A DNA stretch of 62,435 nt, the filler included, from a bacterium (GTDB taxonomy: Bacteria; JALSQH01), in assembly GCA_027004335.1 (NCBI GenBank). It is 10 parts of 10 records of this genome, joined end to end, with 100 filler letters (N's around TTAATTAATTAA, not from the genome) between each part and the next. Parts side by side here need not be neighbours in the genome. Positions count along the whole stretch, not along the records: positions 6,106 to 12,080 come from JALTID010000252.1; positions 12,181 to 18,140 come from JALTID010000253.1; positions 18,241 to 34,885 come from JALTID010000254.1; 7 more parts are not named here. One strand, written 5' to 3'. This document shows positions 9,173 to 18,732 of the stretch, one piece after another. The translations under genes were made by a program, and so were the position numbers. Below the pieces are notes generated by a model. The model worked only from the letters and a program-made list of their open reading frames with translations, did not search any database and was not told the DNA's origin. Each line of letters begins with the position of its first letter. The first letter of the stretch is position 1.

Positions 9173-10273
9173 ATGAAGTTATGTAGAGAGAAAAAAGAAC
9201 AATCCATGTTAAAGGAATGTTTTTTCTTTATGATTATACTTTCCGGGATAATTCTGAATTTTACCGCATTTCTCAGTAACATTCTTATACAGGAAACTCC
9301 TGAAATCACATTCATATCTTTTATTGCCACGATAACTTTTTCTCTTATACTGATATTATTTTACATCCTGCCTCAGAAAAATTTTATTGCAACATTAACC
9401 TTTTTGCTTGTTATCCTTGGACTGATACCTCTCATATGGTTCTATGATGGTGGGCTCAAAGGAGTTACTCCATTTTACCTCTTTCTGGTTCTAATTATGA
9501 CTATTCTCCTTTTCAGCAGCTGGTTAAGATACTTTTTAGCCTCGCTATTAATCGTTGTTACAGCGGTGCTGGTGTTACTTGAGAAACTAAATCCAGATTG
9601 GGTAATTTACTGTGAAAATCCCTTATGCAAAGAATCTAATCATGTCGTTGCGATTCTCATCACACTAATTTTCACCTTCATCTTACTTTCTCTTTTCGCA
9701 AACAATTATGAGGGGCTTCATATGGTTTCAAGAAAAAAAGAAAAAGAGTTAGAGGAAAAAAATGCGGCACTTCAGGAGCTTGCAAGGATTGACCCACTTA
9801 CCAGGCTTTCTAACAGGAGAGATATTGAAGAAAAAACTCGCTATCAGCAGAGAATCTCTAAAAGAGATAAGGAAAGATTTTCTTTTATAATGTGTGACAT
9901 AGACGATTTTAAAAAAATAAATGACAAATACGGTCACGCCGTAGGTGACTATATTCTGAAAGAACTCGCCAAAATCACGAAGAGAAGCATAAGAGAGCAG
10001 AGCACTGCCTCAAGGTGGGGCGGAGAGGAATTTCTCATTCTTATACCCTATTGTCTTAGCAAAGAGGCAAAAAACATCGCGGAAAGAATAAGAAAAGCTG
10101 TAGAAGAACACAAATTTATTTTCAATAAGCACATCATCAACCTTACTATCAGCCTCGGCGTTTCAGAATACGATTTTGAATATCCTTCCATAAAGAGATA
10201 TATTGAAAAAGCGGATAGAGCAATGTACATAAGTAAGGCAAAAGGAAAAAACAGAGTTTCAGTGGTAACATGA
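9173..10273 (+). CDS. Membrane-anchored diguanylate cyclase (GGDEF)
   Basis: Several N-terminal TM helices; DPLT, DIDDFKKINDKYGHAVGD, RWGGEEF. Confidence 0.92.
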   Translation: MKLCREKKEQSMLKECFFFMIILSGIILNFTAFLSNILIQETPEITFISFIATITFSLILILFYILPQKNFIATLTFLLVILGLIPLIWFYDGGLKGVTPFYLFLVLIMTILLFSSWLRYFLASLLIVVTAVLVLLEKLNPDWVIYCENPLCKESNHVVAILITLIFTFILLSLFANNYEGLHMVSRKKEKELEEKNAALQELARIDPLTRLSNRRDIEEKTRYQQRISKRDKERFSFIMCDIDDFKKINDKYGHAVGDYILKELAKITKRSIREQSTASRWGGEEFLILIPYCLSKEAKNIAERIRKAVEEHKFIFNKHIINLTISLGVSEYDFEYPSIKRYIEKADRAMYISKAKGKNRVSVVT

Positions 10274-10944
10274 AACTGGATGAGACTCCTTTTATCTATG
10301 AGCAGGCGGTAGAGCTCCAAAACAGGTTACGACAAAAAATAACCCTAAAAGGATGGGAAGGGTATCCTGAACTAATAGGAGGAACAGACCTATCTTATAA
10401 TAAAGAAGAAGAAATTTTCTACGCGGGAATAGTCATTCTTTACTTCAGGACATTGGAAGTAATAGAAAAAGAATTTTTCATTGGAAAAGTTACTTTTCCA
10501 TATATCCCGGGTTTACTATCTTTCAGAGAACTCCCTCCACTTTTTGAAACTTTTAAAAAAATAAAAAATCGGCCCGATGTAGTGATGGTAGATGGCCATG
10601 GATATGCCCACCCGAGAAACATGGGATTGGCCACTCATCTTGGAATGGTTCTTGATATACCAACCATAGGAGTGGCAAAGAAAAAACTCGTAGGGAATTA
10701 CGAAGAACCGGGCCATAAAAAGGGAGATTCATCCCCTCTGTTTCACGAAGGAAAACAGATCGGATATGTATTGAGGACAAAGGAAAATATCAAACCAGTT
10801 TTTGTCTCTCCTGGGTATAAAATAAATTTTGAATGGAGTCTAAAAATTACTCTGAAAAGTGTTAACTCTTATAAAATCCCTGAACCAACCAGACAGGCAC
10901 ACTTATTTGTAAATGAGATCAGGAGAAAGTTTAAACATTCTTAG
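10270..10944 (+). CDS. nfi: Endonuclease V
   Basis: FPYIPGLLSFRE, VDGHGYAHPR, PTIGVAK, PVFVSPG, IPEPTRQAH. Confidence 0.95.
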   Translation: MKLDETPFIYEQAVELQNRLRQKITLKGWEGYPELIGGTDLSYNKEEEIFYAGIVILYFRTLEVIEKEFFIGKVTFPYIPGLLSFRELPPLFETFKKIKNRPDVVMVDGHGYAHPRNMGLATHLGMVLDIPTIGVAKKKLVGNYEEPGHKKGDSSPLFHEGKQIGYVLRTKENIKPVFVSPGYKINFEWSLKITLKSVNSYKIPEPTRQAHLFVNEIRRKFKHS

Positions 10945-11165
10945 CAACCTCCTTCATCAATTTCTGCTACTACATCTCCCTCATTAACTGTTTGATCTAT
11001 TGTTACTAAAATCTTCGTAATTTTCCCTGACTCTTCTGCTTCAATGGGTATCTCCATTTTCATTGATTCAATAATTATCACAGGATCTCCCTCCTCTACA
11101 CAATCCCCTTCCTTTACCACGATTTTCCATACTTTTCCAACCATCTGAGCCACAACTTCTCCCAT
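10941..11165 (-). CDS. Biotin carboxyl carrier protein
   Basis: ESMKME biotinylation motif. Confidence 0.9.
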   Translation of the reverse strand: MGEVVAQMVGKVWKIVVKEGDCVEEGDPVIIIESMKMEIPIEAEESGKITKILVTIDQTVNEGDVVAEIDEGGC

Positions 11166-11223
11166 CTTACTCCTCCTGAATATTTTCTAACATTCATAAC
11201 ATAAAGAAAAAATTTTGTAAAGT

Positions 11224-12018
11224 CTATTTTCCCTTCCACTTAGGTTCTCTTTTTTCAAAGAAAGCTCTTATCCCTTCCATGGCATCTTCGGTGCTCAATA
11301 CCTCCATCAATTTACCATTGAGGTATTCAATAGACTCTATATATTCTCTGTCCAGCACATCATAGTAAGCATCCCTGCCCATTCTAACAATAAGTGGACT
11401 CATTTTAGCTATTCTTTTAGCCAGTTCCATACTCTCTTCACGCAGTTTTTCAAATGGAACCACTTTATTTACAATTCCAAGCTGGTAAGCCTCCTGAGCA
11501 GTAATAGCTTCCCCAGTCAGGATCATCTCCATAGCTTTTTTCCTGGGAACATTCCTGAAAATTGTAGCCATTATCATCATAGGCCATAATCCCCGTTTTA
11601 TCTCAGGTGTAGCAAATTTTGCATGTTCTGCAGCAACAATCAAATCGCAGGCGAGAGCAACCCCAAAAGCACCAGCGTAGCAGTAACCATTTATCATTGC
11701 AATAATGGGCTTGCCAGATTTTTTAATATAATCAAACAGCTTTACAAATTCGTCTCTTGGATCTCCATCATCAGGGACATCAACCTGCTGGAATCCTCCT
11801 GAGAGGTCCCCACCTGAGGAAAAAGCCTTTTCTCCTGCACCAGTCAAAAGGAGGGCTCCAATGGAATTATCATCTCTGACTGTTCTTAAAATATAATTGA
11901 TCTCCTTCAAAACTCCCTGCGAAAGTGCATTCCTGGCTTCAGGCCTGTTGATTGTAATAATCCCCACACGATCCTCTACCTCCCAGAGAATAGTTTTAAA
12001 TTCAGGCATCTCAGCCAT
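11224..12018 (-). CDS. Enoyl-CoA hydratase/isomerase family protein
   Basis: INRPEARNAL, AFSSGGDL, KPIIAMING, FATPE, EGIRAFFEKREP. Confidence 0.92.
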   Translation of the reverse strand: MAEMPEFKTILWEVEDRVGIITINRPEARNALSQGVLKEINYILRTVRDDNSIGALLLTGAGEKAFSSGGDLSGGFQQVDVPDDGDPRDEFVKLFDYIKKSGKPIIAMINGYCYAGAFGVALACDLIVAAEHAKFATPEIKRGLWPMMIMATIFRNVPRKKAMEMILTGEAITAQEAYQLGIVNKVVPFEKLREESMELAKRIAKMSPLIVRMGRDAYYDVLDREYIESIEYLNGKLMEVLSTEDAMEGIRAFFEKREPKWKGK

Positions 12019-12028
12019 TTCTAACCTC

Positions 12029-12080
12029 CTATTTCTTTTTCTTTTCTGAGAAAAATTTTTCTATTACATGGGTGTCATAT
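12029..12080 (-). CDS. Extreme C-terminus of a probable biotin carboxylase (cut by contig end)
   Basis: YDTHVIEKFFSEKKKK* resembles the YDTxFI C-terminal motif; biotin carrier nearby. Confidence 0.45.
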
Positions 12081-12180
12081 NNNNNNNNNNNNNNNNNNNN
12101 NNNNNNNNNNNNNNNNNNNNNNNNTTAATTAATTAANNNNNNNNNNNNNNNNNNNNNNNNNNNNNNNNNNNNNNNNNNNN

Positions 12181-12493
12181 GTTCCAGAAGGTAATGATAT
12201 CTTTGATTGGTTTCCTCTGCTGTGCCAAAACCTGCAAACTGTCTCATAGTCCAGAGTCGGCCACGATACATGTTGGGGTAAATTCCTCTGGTGTATGGGT
12301 ATTCTCCTGGAAACCCCAGATCTTTTAGATAATCAAAGTCTTCGATATCAGCAGGAGTGTATAATTCTTTTATCTCATGATCAGAAATGGTGGAAAATCT
12401 TTCTGCCCTCTCTGGATGTTTTTTTATGTGAGGTTTAAGGACCTTCTCCTCCCATTCTTTCTTTGCTTTTTTTATTTTTTCAATATCCTCCAT
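12181..12493 (-). CDS. Methylmalonyl-CoA mutase family, N-terminal part (cut by contig end)
   Basis: [38 protein letters not shown]. Confidence 0.92.
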
Positions 12494-12507
12494 GATGAAT
12501 TCTCCTT

Positions 12508-13065
12508 CTAAAATTCTATTCCTTTTCTTGCATCAATTCCTTGATAATAATAATGTTTTATCTCTTTCATTTCAGTTACAAGATCAGCTTTTTCCATCAA
12601 TTCTTTAGGTGCTCCTCTGCCAGTTATTATGAGCTCCATATCATCTGGTTTGTTATTAAGAATTTTTAATATATCATCAGGGGAGATCAGATTAAACATA
12701 TATGCAACATTCAATTCATCCAGGATGAGAATATCCACTTCATTTTTCTTCATTATTTCAAGGGCTCTTTCAACTCCCTTCTTCGCCAGTTCAATATCTT
12801 CAGGTTTTGGATGTTTCGGGTTGACAAATTCTGGCCTTCCAAAGGGTTCAATGATAAATTGATCACCAAATTTTCTTGCTGAGATCCACTCTCCATACTC
12901 ACTCCACGCCATCCTATCAGTACCTTTTCCTTTGAGAAACTGGATCATATGTATTTTGAAACCGTGTCCCAGGGCTCTGAAAGCGAGGCCCAGGGCAGCG
13001 GTGGTTTTTCCCTTGCAATCTCCCGTATAAACCTGGACATACCCCCTTTTTAATTTTTTAGCCAA
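12508..13065 (-). CDS. cobO: Cob(I)alamin adenosyltransferase (CobO/BtuR)
   Basis: [42 protein letters not shown]. Confidence 0.92.
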   Translation of the reverse strand: MAKKLKRGYVQVYTGDCKGKTTAALGLAFRALGHGFKIHMIQFLKGKGTDRMAWSEYGEWISARKFGDQFIIEPFGRPEFVNPKHPKPEDIELAKKGVERALEIMKKNEVDILILDELNVAYMFNLISPDDILKILNNKPDDMELIITGRGAPKELMEKADLVTEMKEIKHYYYQGIDARKGIEF

Positions 13066-13104
13066 TTTAAACCTCCGTTTATTAAAATTTAAGTTATTTA
13101 AGGT

Positions 13105-13326
13105 GTGATGTCAAGGAGTGAAAGGTTTAACTGGCAGATAGGAACAGGATATCTTACTGGTACCCGGTTTAGTCCTCCAGTAACTTATGGTAAGGTTCCC
13201 GAGGGAATCCAGGATAATGGAGATGCTCAGCCTCTTAAAAAGGGAGTTGAGTATACAATAGTTATTAATGTTCCTTATTACTCAGCAGATAAGACTTCTC
13301 TTACAGCTGTATGGGTATTTAAGTAG
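13105..13326 (+). pseudogene. Orphan short ORF, probably a 3' gene remnant
   Basis: Protein-like composition, no good RBS, followed by a hairpin terminator. Confidence 0.3.
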
Positions 13327-13377
13327 CTAAAACTTACGAGAAATTTAACTTTTTGATTGGATAAGAATAGGTTTTAT

Positions 13378-13409
13378 AGGATAGGGGAGGTCCCTATCCT
13401 TTCTTTTTT
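13378..13409 (+). terminator. Intrinsic terminator
   Basis: AGGATAGGG-gaggt-CCCTATCCT followed by TTCTTTTTT. Confidence 0.65.
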
Positions 13410-13537
13410 GATAATGCTTATAAGCTATGATGGCACCCCCGCAATATTTACAACTTATTTGCATCTCTTATAAACTCTGGTTAAAATAAATTGCATTAAA
13501 GAATTGATAGATTCTTACCAGGATCTTATGGTGAAAG

Positions 13538-14650
13538 ATGAGAATACTTCTGCTTTCTAATATAAAATCTACTCATACTATTCGGTGGGCAACAGGACTG
13601 GCTGAGCGAGGTGAGGAAGTAATTGTAGCAGGTCTGGAGAGGGAAGATGAGCCAGCTTATAAAGGATATGAGAATATTTTGCCTATACCTATTGATGTAG
13701 GTGTTTATCCTGACGGTGGGGAAAGTAGGAGTTTACTGCACAAAAGCAAGATTCTAAAAGCTGTGAAAATCTTGAAACAGATCATTGCGAAGTACAAACC
13801 TGATATACTCCATGCCCATTATGCTTCACATTATGGGCTAATTGCTGCATTAACTAAATTCCATCCCTATATCCTGTCAGTTTGGGGTGATGATATCACG
13901 GTGTATCCCGGGGAATCTATTTTGCACAATTTCATTATTCGTTTTAATTTATTTAAAGCAGACAAAATACTTGCAACATCCCAATTTCTGGCTGGTGAAA
14001 CCCAGAAATATACCTCAAAAGAAATTATAGTTACTCCTTTTGGCGTAGATACTGAGGTGTTTAGACCAATGAAAGTTTCTTCTTTTTTTGATGAAAATGA
14101 CTTAGTTATTGGTACTGTTAAGTCTCTGGAAACAATTTATGGAGTGGATGATCTGGTGAAGGCATTTAATATATTGGTAAAAAAATTACCCGATAAACCG
14201 ATTAAGTTACTGATTGTGGGAGATGGGTCACAGAGGGAAAATCTCCAGAAACTTGTTAATGAATTGAATTTACATGATAAAACTTTTTTTGCAGGTCATG
14301 TGAGTGTTGAAAAGTTACCTGAGTATCACAATATGCTGGATATCTTTGTGGCTCTTTCTCATAGAGAAAGTTTTGGTGTTTCTGCCTTAGAAGCTGAGGC
14401 GTGTGAAAAACCAGTGGTTGTTTCAGATGTAGGAGGTTTTAAAGAGGTGGTAGTTGATGGAGAAACAGGTTTTAGAGTTCCCCCTGAAAGCCCTGAAAAG
14501 GCGGCTGAGGCAATAGAAAGATTAATTATTGATGAGAAGCTAAGGAGGAGAATGGGAAAAAAGGGAAGAAAATGGGTGTTGAAAAATTATGATAAAGAGA
14601 AGAGCCTTGATAAGATGATAAGAATTTATGAAGAAGTAGTTAAAAAATAA
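13538..14650 (+). CDS. Glycosyltransferase family 4
   Basis: DILHAHY, TPFGVD, ESFGVSALEA (EX7E), PVVVSDVGG. Confidence 0.92.
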   Translation: MRILLLSNIKSTHTIRWATGLAERGEEVIVAGLEREDEPAYKGYENILPIPIDVGVYPDGGESRSLLHKSKILKAVKILKQIIAKYKPDILHAHYASHYGLIAALTKFHPYILSVWGDDITVYPGESILHNFIIRFNLFKADKILATSQFLAGETQKYTSKEIIVTPFGVDTEVFRPMKVSSFFDENDLVIGTVKSLETIYGVDDLVKAFNILVKKLPDKPIKLLIVGDGSQRENLQKLVNELNLHDKTFFAGHVSVEKLPEYHNMLDIFVALSHRESFGVSALEAEACEKPVVVSDVGGFKEVVVDGETGFRVPPESPEKAAEAIERLIIDEKLRRRMGKKGRKWVLKNYDKEKSLDKMIRIYEEVVKK

Positions 14651-14678
14651 AATTCTTTGGTTTTATATTTGGAGAAAA

Positions 14679-15415
14679 CTAAATTAATCCTGCTGTAAGG
14701 AGGACCACAAATGCAATGGTTAAAATCGTAGCAGCTCCCCCCACATACCACACCTGTTTTTTCCTGTCTTCAAGATCGTAGATATAATAAGCTATTTCCC
14801 AGAAAGGTAGATAGCCAAGCAGGAATATCAACCATGGATTGGTTGCATTCCACCATGGGAAATTCCGTACAAGCGCACCAATCATATTTAAAATTATTTC
14901 TACAATGACACATGTGATCGAGAAAAGTATGGCGAAAAAGTGTCTATTTTTATACCCAGTATTTTGGAGTATTTGTCTTGTGGTAAGAGTTTTGTGGCAA
15001 GAAGCCCCATTATTAGAAAATTAAAAATTATCTCAATGTTCCATCCTATCAGAGGCTGATAGGCTGTGGGCATCACTGTAATCCACAGAGCTGCAAATCC
15101 TATGAAATGATAGTAAAGGGCATTCCACATTTCATTAAAAAAATCTCATAGGAAAAATGCAAGACCAGCCAAAACTCCGCTGTAGTTTCTCTTTGCTAAT
15201 TCATCAAAGTAAAAATAAAGTACTATAGGAAGAAATGGGATCACATACCATTTAAACTGAGTGGGATCCCGAGGAAGTTTGAGAGCTTCATCTACACCTT
15301 TACCTTTCCCCTGATATTTATGAAAAAGAGGAATAAGCCAGATGCTTAAATAACCTATAAAAATTGCAATCCAGATAACTTTACTTTGAATTTTCCTTTT
15401 ATTTACATTGTTCAT
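14679..15415 (-). pseudogene. Disrupted membrane protein gene
   Basis: Three ORFs join into one hydrophobic protein: in-frame TGA at 15146-15148 and a one-base loss in an A-run near 14947-14951. Confidence 0.75.
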
Positions 15416-15471
15416 GATGTGAAATTATTACATAAAAAAGTCAGGAGAGTCAAGAGTGAGTCTTAAAGTGG

Positions 15472-17592
15472 TTAAGAGATGTTTACACAACTTAATTCTT
15501 CCCCCCTCTCCACCCTTACCCTTGTCCCGCTGAATGCGGCGTTGCCTGTGAGCTTATCTATTTTAGGCTGGGTTATATCGTTTACACTTACACCTGGATT
15601 TGTACCTGCAACGGTAAGCTTAACTCCTTCTCTGTTGTGCCCCCAGCCATTGGGGATACTTACAACCCCCTGCATCATCTTATCTGAAATTTCTGCTTTA
15701 ATGATGATGGAACCTTCTGTGGAGGTGACCCTTACTTCCTCTCCGTTTTTTATACCAAGATTTTCAGCGTCTATGGAATTTATTAGCATTGTACTCCTGT
15801 TTCTCCCTTTAATTAATCTCTGTGAGTTATGCAGCCATGAATTGCTGGATCTTATATCCCTTCTTCCTATCAAGATAAAAGGAAATTCTGGATCTTCTTT
15901 TTCCTTCAGTTTCTCCTCAAGCCTTGTTAGATCTTTTACAAACACTGCTGGAATAAGATCAATTTTTCCGTCTTCGGTAAACAGTCTCTCTGGAAGCTGG
16001 GGTTTTAATTCACCAAGGTCAATCCCATAAGGAGAATCTTTTAATTTTTCAAGAGTTACTTTATCCCCATAGGGGCCCATCTGGAGCATAAAGGAAATTG
16101 CCTGCTCAGGTTCCATAATAGGATATTTGCTATTAATACGAGTTGTGAGTTCTCCTATCACCTCCCAGTCATACTTTAATTCTCCTTTATCCATGAGGGG
16201 TGGAGCATATTTAACGAAATTTCTCACGGATAACTGGTAGAAGAGCATTTCAAAAACAGGTGCTTCAAGACCCGTTGCTGTGGGGATAATTAAATCAGCA
16301 AAGCTGGTAGTTTCATTTATGTAAATATCCACTGAAAGCATAAACTCAAGCTGGCTCAGAGCTTTTTCTAACTTTCTTCCTGACGGAGTAGTAAGAACCG
16401 GGTTACCTGCAATGGTAATTAAACCTTTTACCTGTCCTTCTCCAGGAGTTAAAATTTCATCTGCAAGGGTTGTGACTGGTAATTCCCCGGCAAACTCTGG
16501 AAGTTCTTTTACTCTGCTTCTCCATCTTCCATAACTACCTCTACTTCCACCAAATTTTGACATTCCCACAAGATCAACTGCCGGGGTTGTAAACATTGCT
16601 CCACCTTCTCTGTCAAAGTTTCCTGTGACAATGTTTAATACATTGATCAGCCACTGGGTTAATCCTCCAAATTCCTGGGTTGAAGCACCAAATCTGCCAT
16701 AGCAGACTGCTCTATCCGAAGTTGCAAAATCACCGGCAAGCCTCTCAATATCATTTGCACTTATTCCAGTTATTTTTGAAACTCTCTCTGGTGAGAAGTT
16801 GCTGGCAATCCCTTTTACCTGCTCATAGTTTTTAATGAATTTTTCCAGTCTGCCAGGTTTATCCAGATTTTTCTTAAAAATTACATTAAGCATTGAAAGA
16901 AGCAGGAGGGCATCGGTATTTGGTTTTATGAAGAAATGTTTGGTTGCTAATTTTGCAGTTTCGGTTCTTCTGGGGTCAACAACAACTATTTTTCCACCTC
17001 TCTTTTTTATGCCCGTTATCCTGTTTATAACATCCGGAGCTGTCATTATGCTTCCATTTGAAACTGCGGGATTTGCACCAATAATTAGGAAGAAATTGGT
17101 TCGGTCAATATCTGGAATTGGTAAAAGCATGTAATGACCAAACATGAAGTAGGCTGCAAAATTGTGGGGGAGTTGATCCACAGATGTTGCTGAGTATCTC
17201 TGCTTTGTTTTTAAGGCCTTGATGAAATTTGGAACATTTAAGAGGAGTCCAATATTATGGGCAACAGGATTTCCCAGATAAACCGCCACTGAATCATTTC
17301 CATATCTTTCCTGTATCCCCTTTATCCTGGATACTGCAATGTTAAAAGCTTCTTCATAGGAGACCTCTTTCCATTCTTTATCTTTTTTTATTACTGGCTT
17401 TCTCAATCTATCAGGGTCGTTGTAAGTATCTTTAAGGGCAACAGCCTTTGGACAAATATGACCTCTGCTGAGTAGATCATTTTTATCACCGCGGATAGAG
17501 ATAGTTTCATTACCTCTGTATTTAATTTCCAAACCGCAGGTTGCCTCACAGAGGTTGCAAGGGCGGAAGTGGGTGTGGATTTCTCTGGACAT
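15472..17592 (-). CDS. Molybdopterin (bis-MGD) oxidoreductase, cytoplasmic
   Basis: CNLCEATC...CPK 4Fe-4S motif, GANPAVSNGS, VVVDPRRTETA, C-terminal dinucleotide-binding domain; no Tat signal. Confidence 0.9.
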   Translation of the reverse strand: MSREIHTHFRPCNLCEATCGLEIKYRGNETISIRGDKNDLLSRGHICPKAVALKDTYNDPDRLRKPVIKKDKEWKEVSYEEAFNIAVSRIKGIQERYGNDSVAVYLGNPVAHNIGLLLNVPNFIKALKTKQRYSATSVDQLPHNFAAYFMFGHYMLLPIPDIDRTNFFLIIGANPAVSNGSIMTAPDVINRITGIKKRGGKIVVVDPRRTETAKLATKHFFIKPNTDALLLLSMLNVIFKKNLDKPGRLEKFIKNYEQVKGIASNFSPERVSKITGISANDIERLAGDFATSDRAVCYGRFGASTQEFGGLTQWLINVLNIVTGNFDREGGAMFTTPAVDLVGMSKFGGSRGSYGRWRSRVKELPEFAGELPVTTLADEILTPGEGQVKGLITIAGNPVLTTPSGRKLEKALSQLEFMLSVDIYINETTSFADLIIPTATGLEAPVFEMLFYQLSVRNFVKYAPPLMDKGELKYDWEVIGELTTRINSKYPIMEPEQAISFMLQMGPYGDKVTLEKLKDSPYGIDLGELKPQLPERLFTEDGKIDLIPAVFVKDLTRLEEKLKEKEDPEFPFILIGRRDIRSSNSWLHNSQRLIKGRNRSTMLINSIDAENLGIKNGEEVRVTSTEGSIIIKAEISDKMMQGVVSIPNGWGHNREGVKLTVAGTNPGVSVNDITQPKIDKLTGNAAFSGTRVRVERGEELSCVNIS

Positions 17593-17666
17593 GATTAATT
17601 ACCTCGCAGAGTTTTTAGAAAATTATAGCAGATAAGATCTTCTCTCAGGAAGTTTAGTAATCAGGG

Positions 17667-18140
17667 TTATTCCTTTTCCCGTGTTTTCTCAAATACATTG
17701 AAAACGTATCCTATCTGAAACCCAATGTATCTGTTTTTTTGAACATATTCGTAGTTCCAATAAAAACTTGCGAAAAAGCCTCCTTCTGGAATATAGCTAA
17801 CTCCTCCTCCTATGCTGTGATTGGAGTTCTGCTGGATAGCATCAATGGTGGAACTCACCCACATTTCAAAGTGGTTCTTAATTTTTATCCCAAGAGAAAA
17901 TAGTAACTGAATCTGAAAATTAAAAAAGTACTGATTTTCTACTCCCCCTGCTATAGCGTATTTTACTCCATTTACTATTTCACCTTTTAGTAAGCTCCAT
18001 CTTACAGATTGATTGAAAAAACCAATGTTAACTTCGCTGTCACTTATAGGGGCAAATTTGAGATGAAGCCCTAATAGCAAACAAAATAAAAAACTTGTGT
18101 CTGTAACTGGTATTTCCGTAGGTTTTATTGAGGCAATCAT
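17667..18140 (-). CDS. Hypothetical protein, C-terminal part, beta-strand rich (possibly outer membrane)
   Basis: Open to contig edge; alternating aromatic strands such as YIGFQIGYVF. Confidence 0.45.
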   Translation of the reverse strand: MIASIKPTEIPVTDTSFLFCLLLGLHLKFAPISDSEVNIGFFNQSVRWSLLKGEIVNGVKYAIAGGVENQYFFNFQIQLLFSLGIKIKNHFEMWVSSTIDAIQQNSNHSIGGGVSYIPEGGFFASFYWNYEYVQKNRYIGFQIGYVFNVFEKTREKE

Positions 18141-18240
18141 NNNNNNNNNNNNNNNNNNNNNNNNNNNNNNNNNNNNNNNNNNNNTTAATTAATTAANNNN
18201 NNNNNNNNNNNNNNNNNNNNNNNNNNNNNNNNNNNNNNNN

Positions 18241-18730
18241 ATATATTGGAGAAGAAACCTCGGAGTTAAAAAAGAATGGTGTTAGGTTAAAAGTAATCGG
18301 CAATTTCACCATGGTTCCGCTGAATCTGATGAAGTTAATAAAAAATGCAGAAGATGAGCTAAGCCGTGGTAAAAAAATGACTCTCATTGTTGCTTTCAGC
18401 TATGGAGGAAGACTTGAAATTATTGATGCAGTTTCAAAAATCATGTCTGATTGTAAAAAAGAAAAAATTGGAGAAATAAACGAGGAGATATTTAAAAATT
18501 ATTTATATGCTCCCGACATCCCAGATCCTGATCTTCTTATAAGAACTGGAGGGGAAAAACGCATAAGCAACTTTCTCCTATATCAGATAGCCTACACTGA
18601 ACTCTATTTCACAGAGACTCTCTGGCCAGATTTTAACGAGACTGAATTTGAAAAAGCATTAAAAGATTTTTCTAAAAGAGAAAGGAGATTTGGAAGAATA
18701 AAAAATGAAGAGGGGAACCCTCCCCAATAA
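18241..18730 (+). CDS. uppS: Undecaprenyl diphosphate synthase, C-terminal part
   Basis: SYGGR, DPDLLIRTGGEKRISNFLLYQ, WPDF, RERRFG. Confidence 0.93.
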
Positions 18731-18732
18731 AA

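Noticed and set aside
15146..15148. In-frame TGA as selenocysteine or Trp recoding
   Set aside because: The gene also has a frameshift, the context is not cysteine-like, and TGA ends other genes normally (ktrA, the GGDEF gene)
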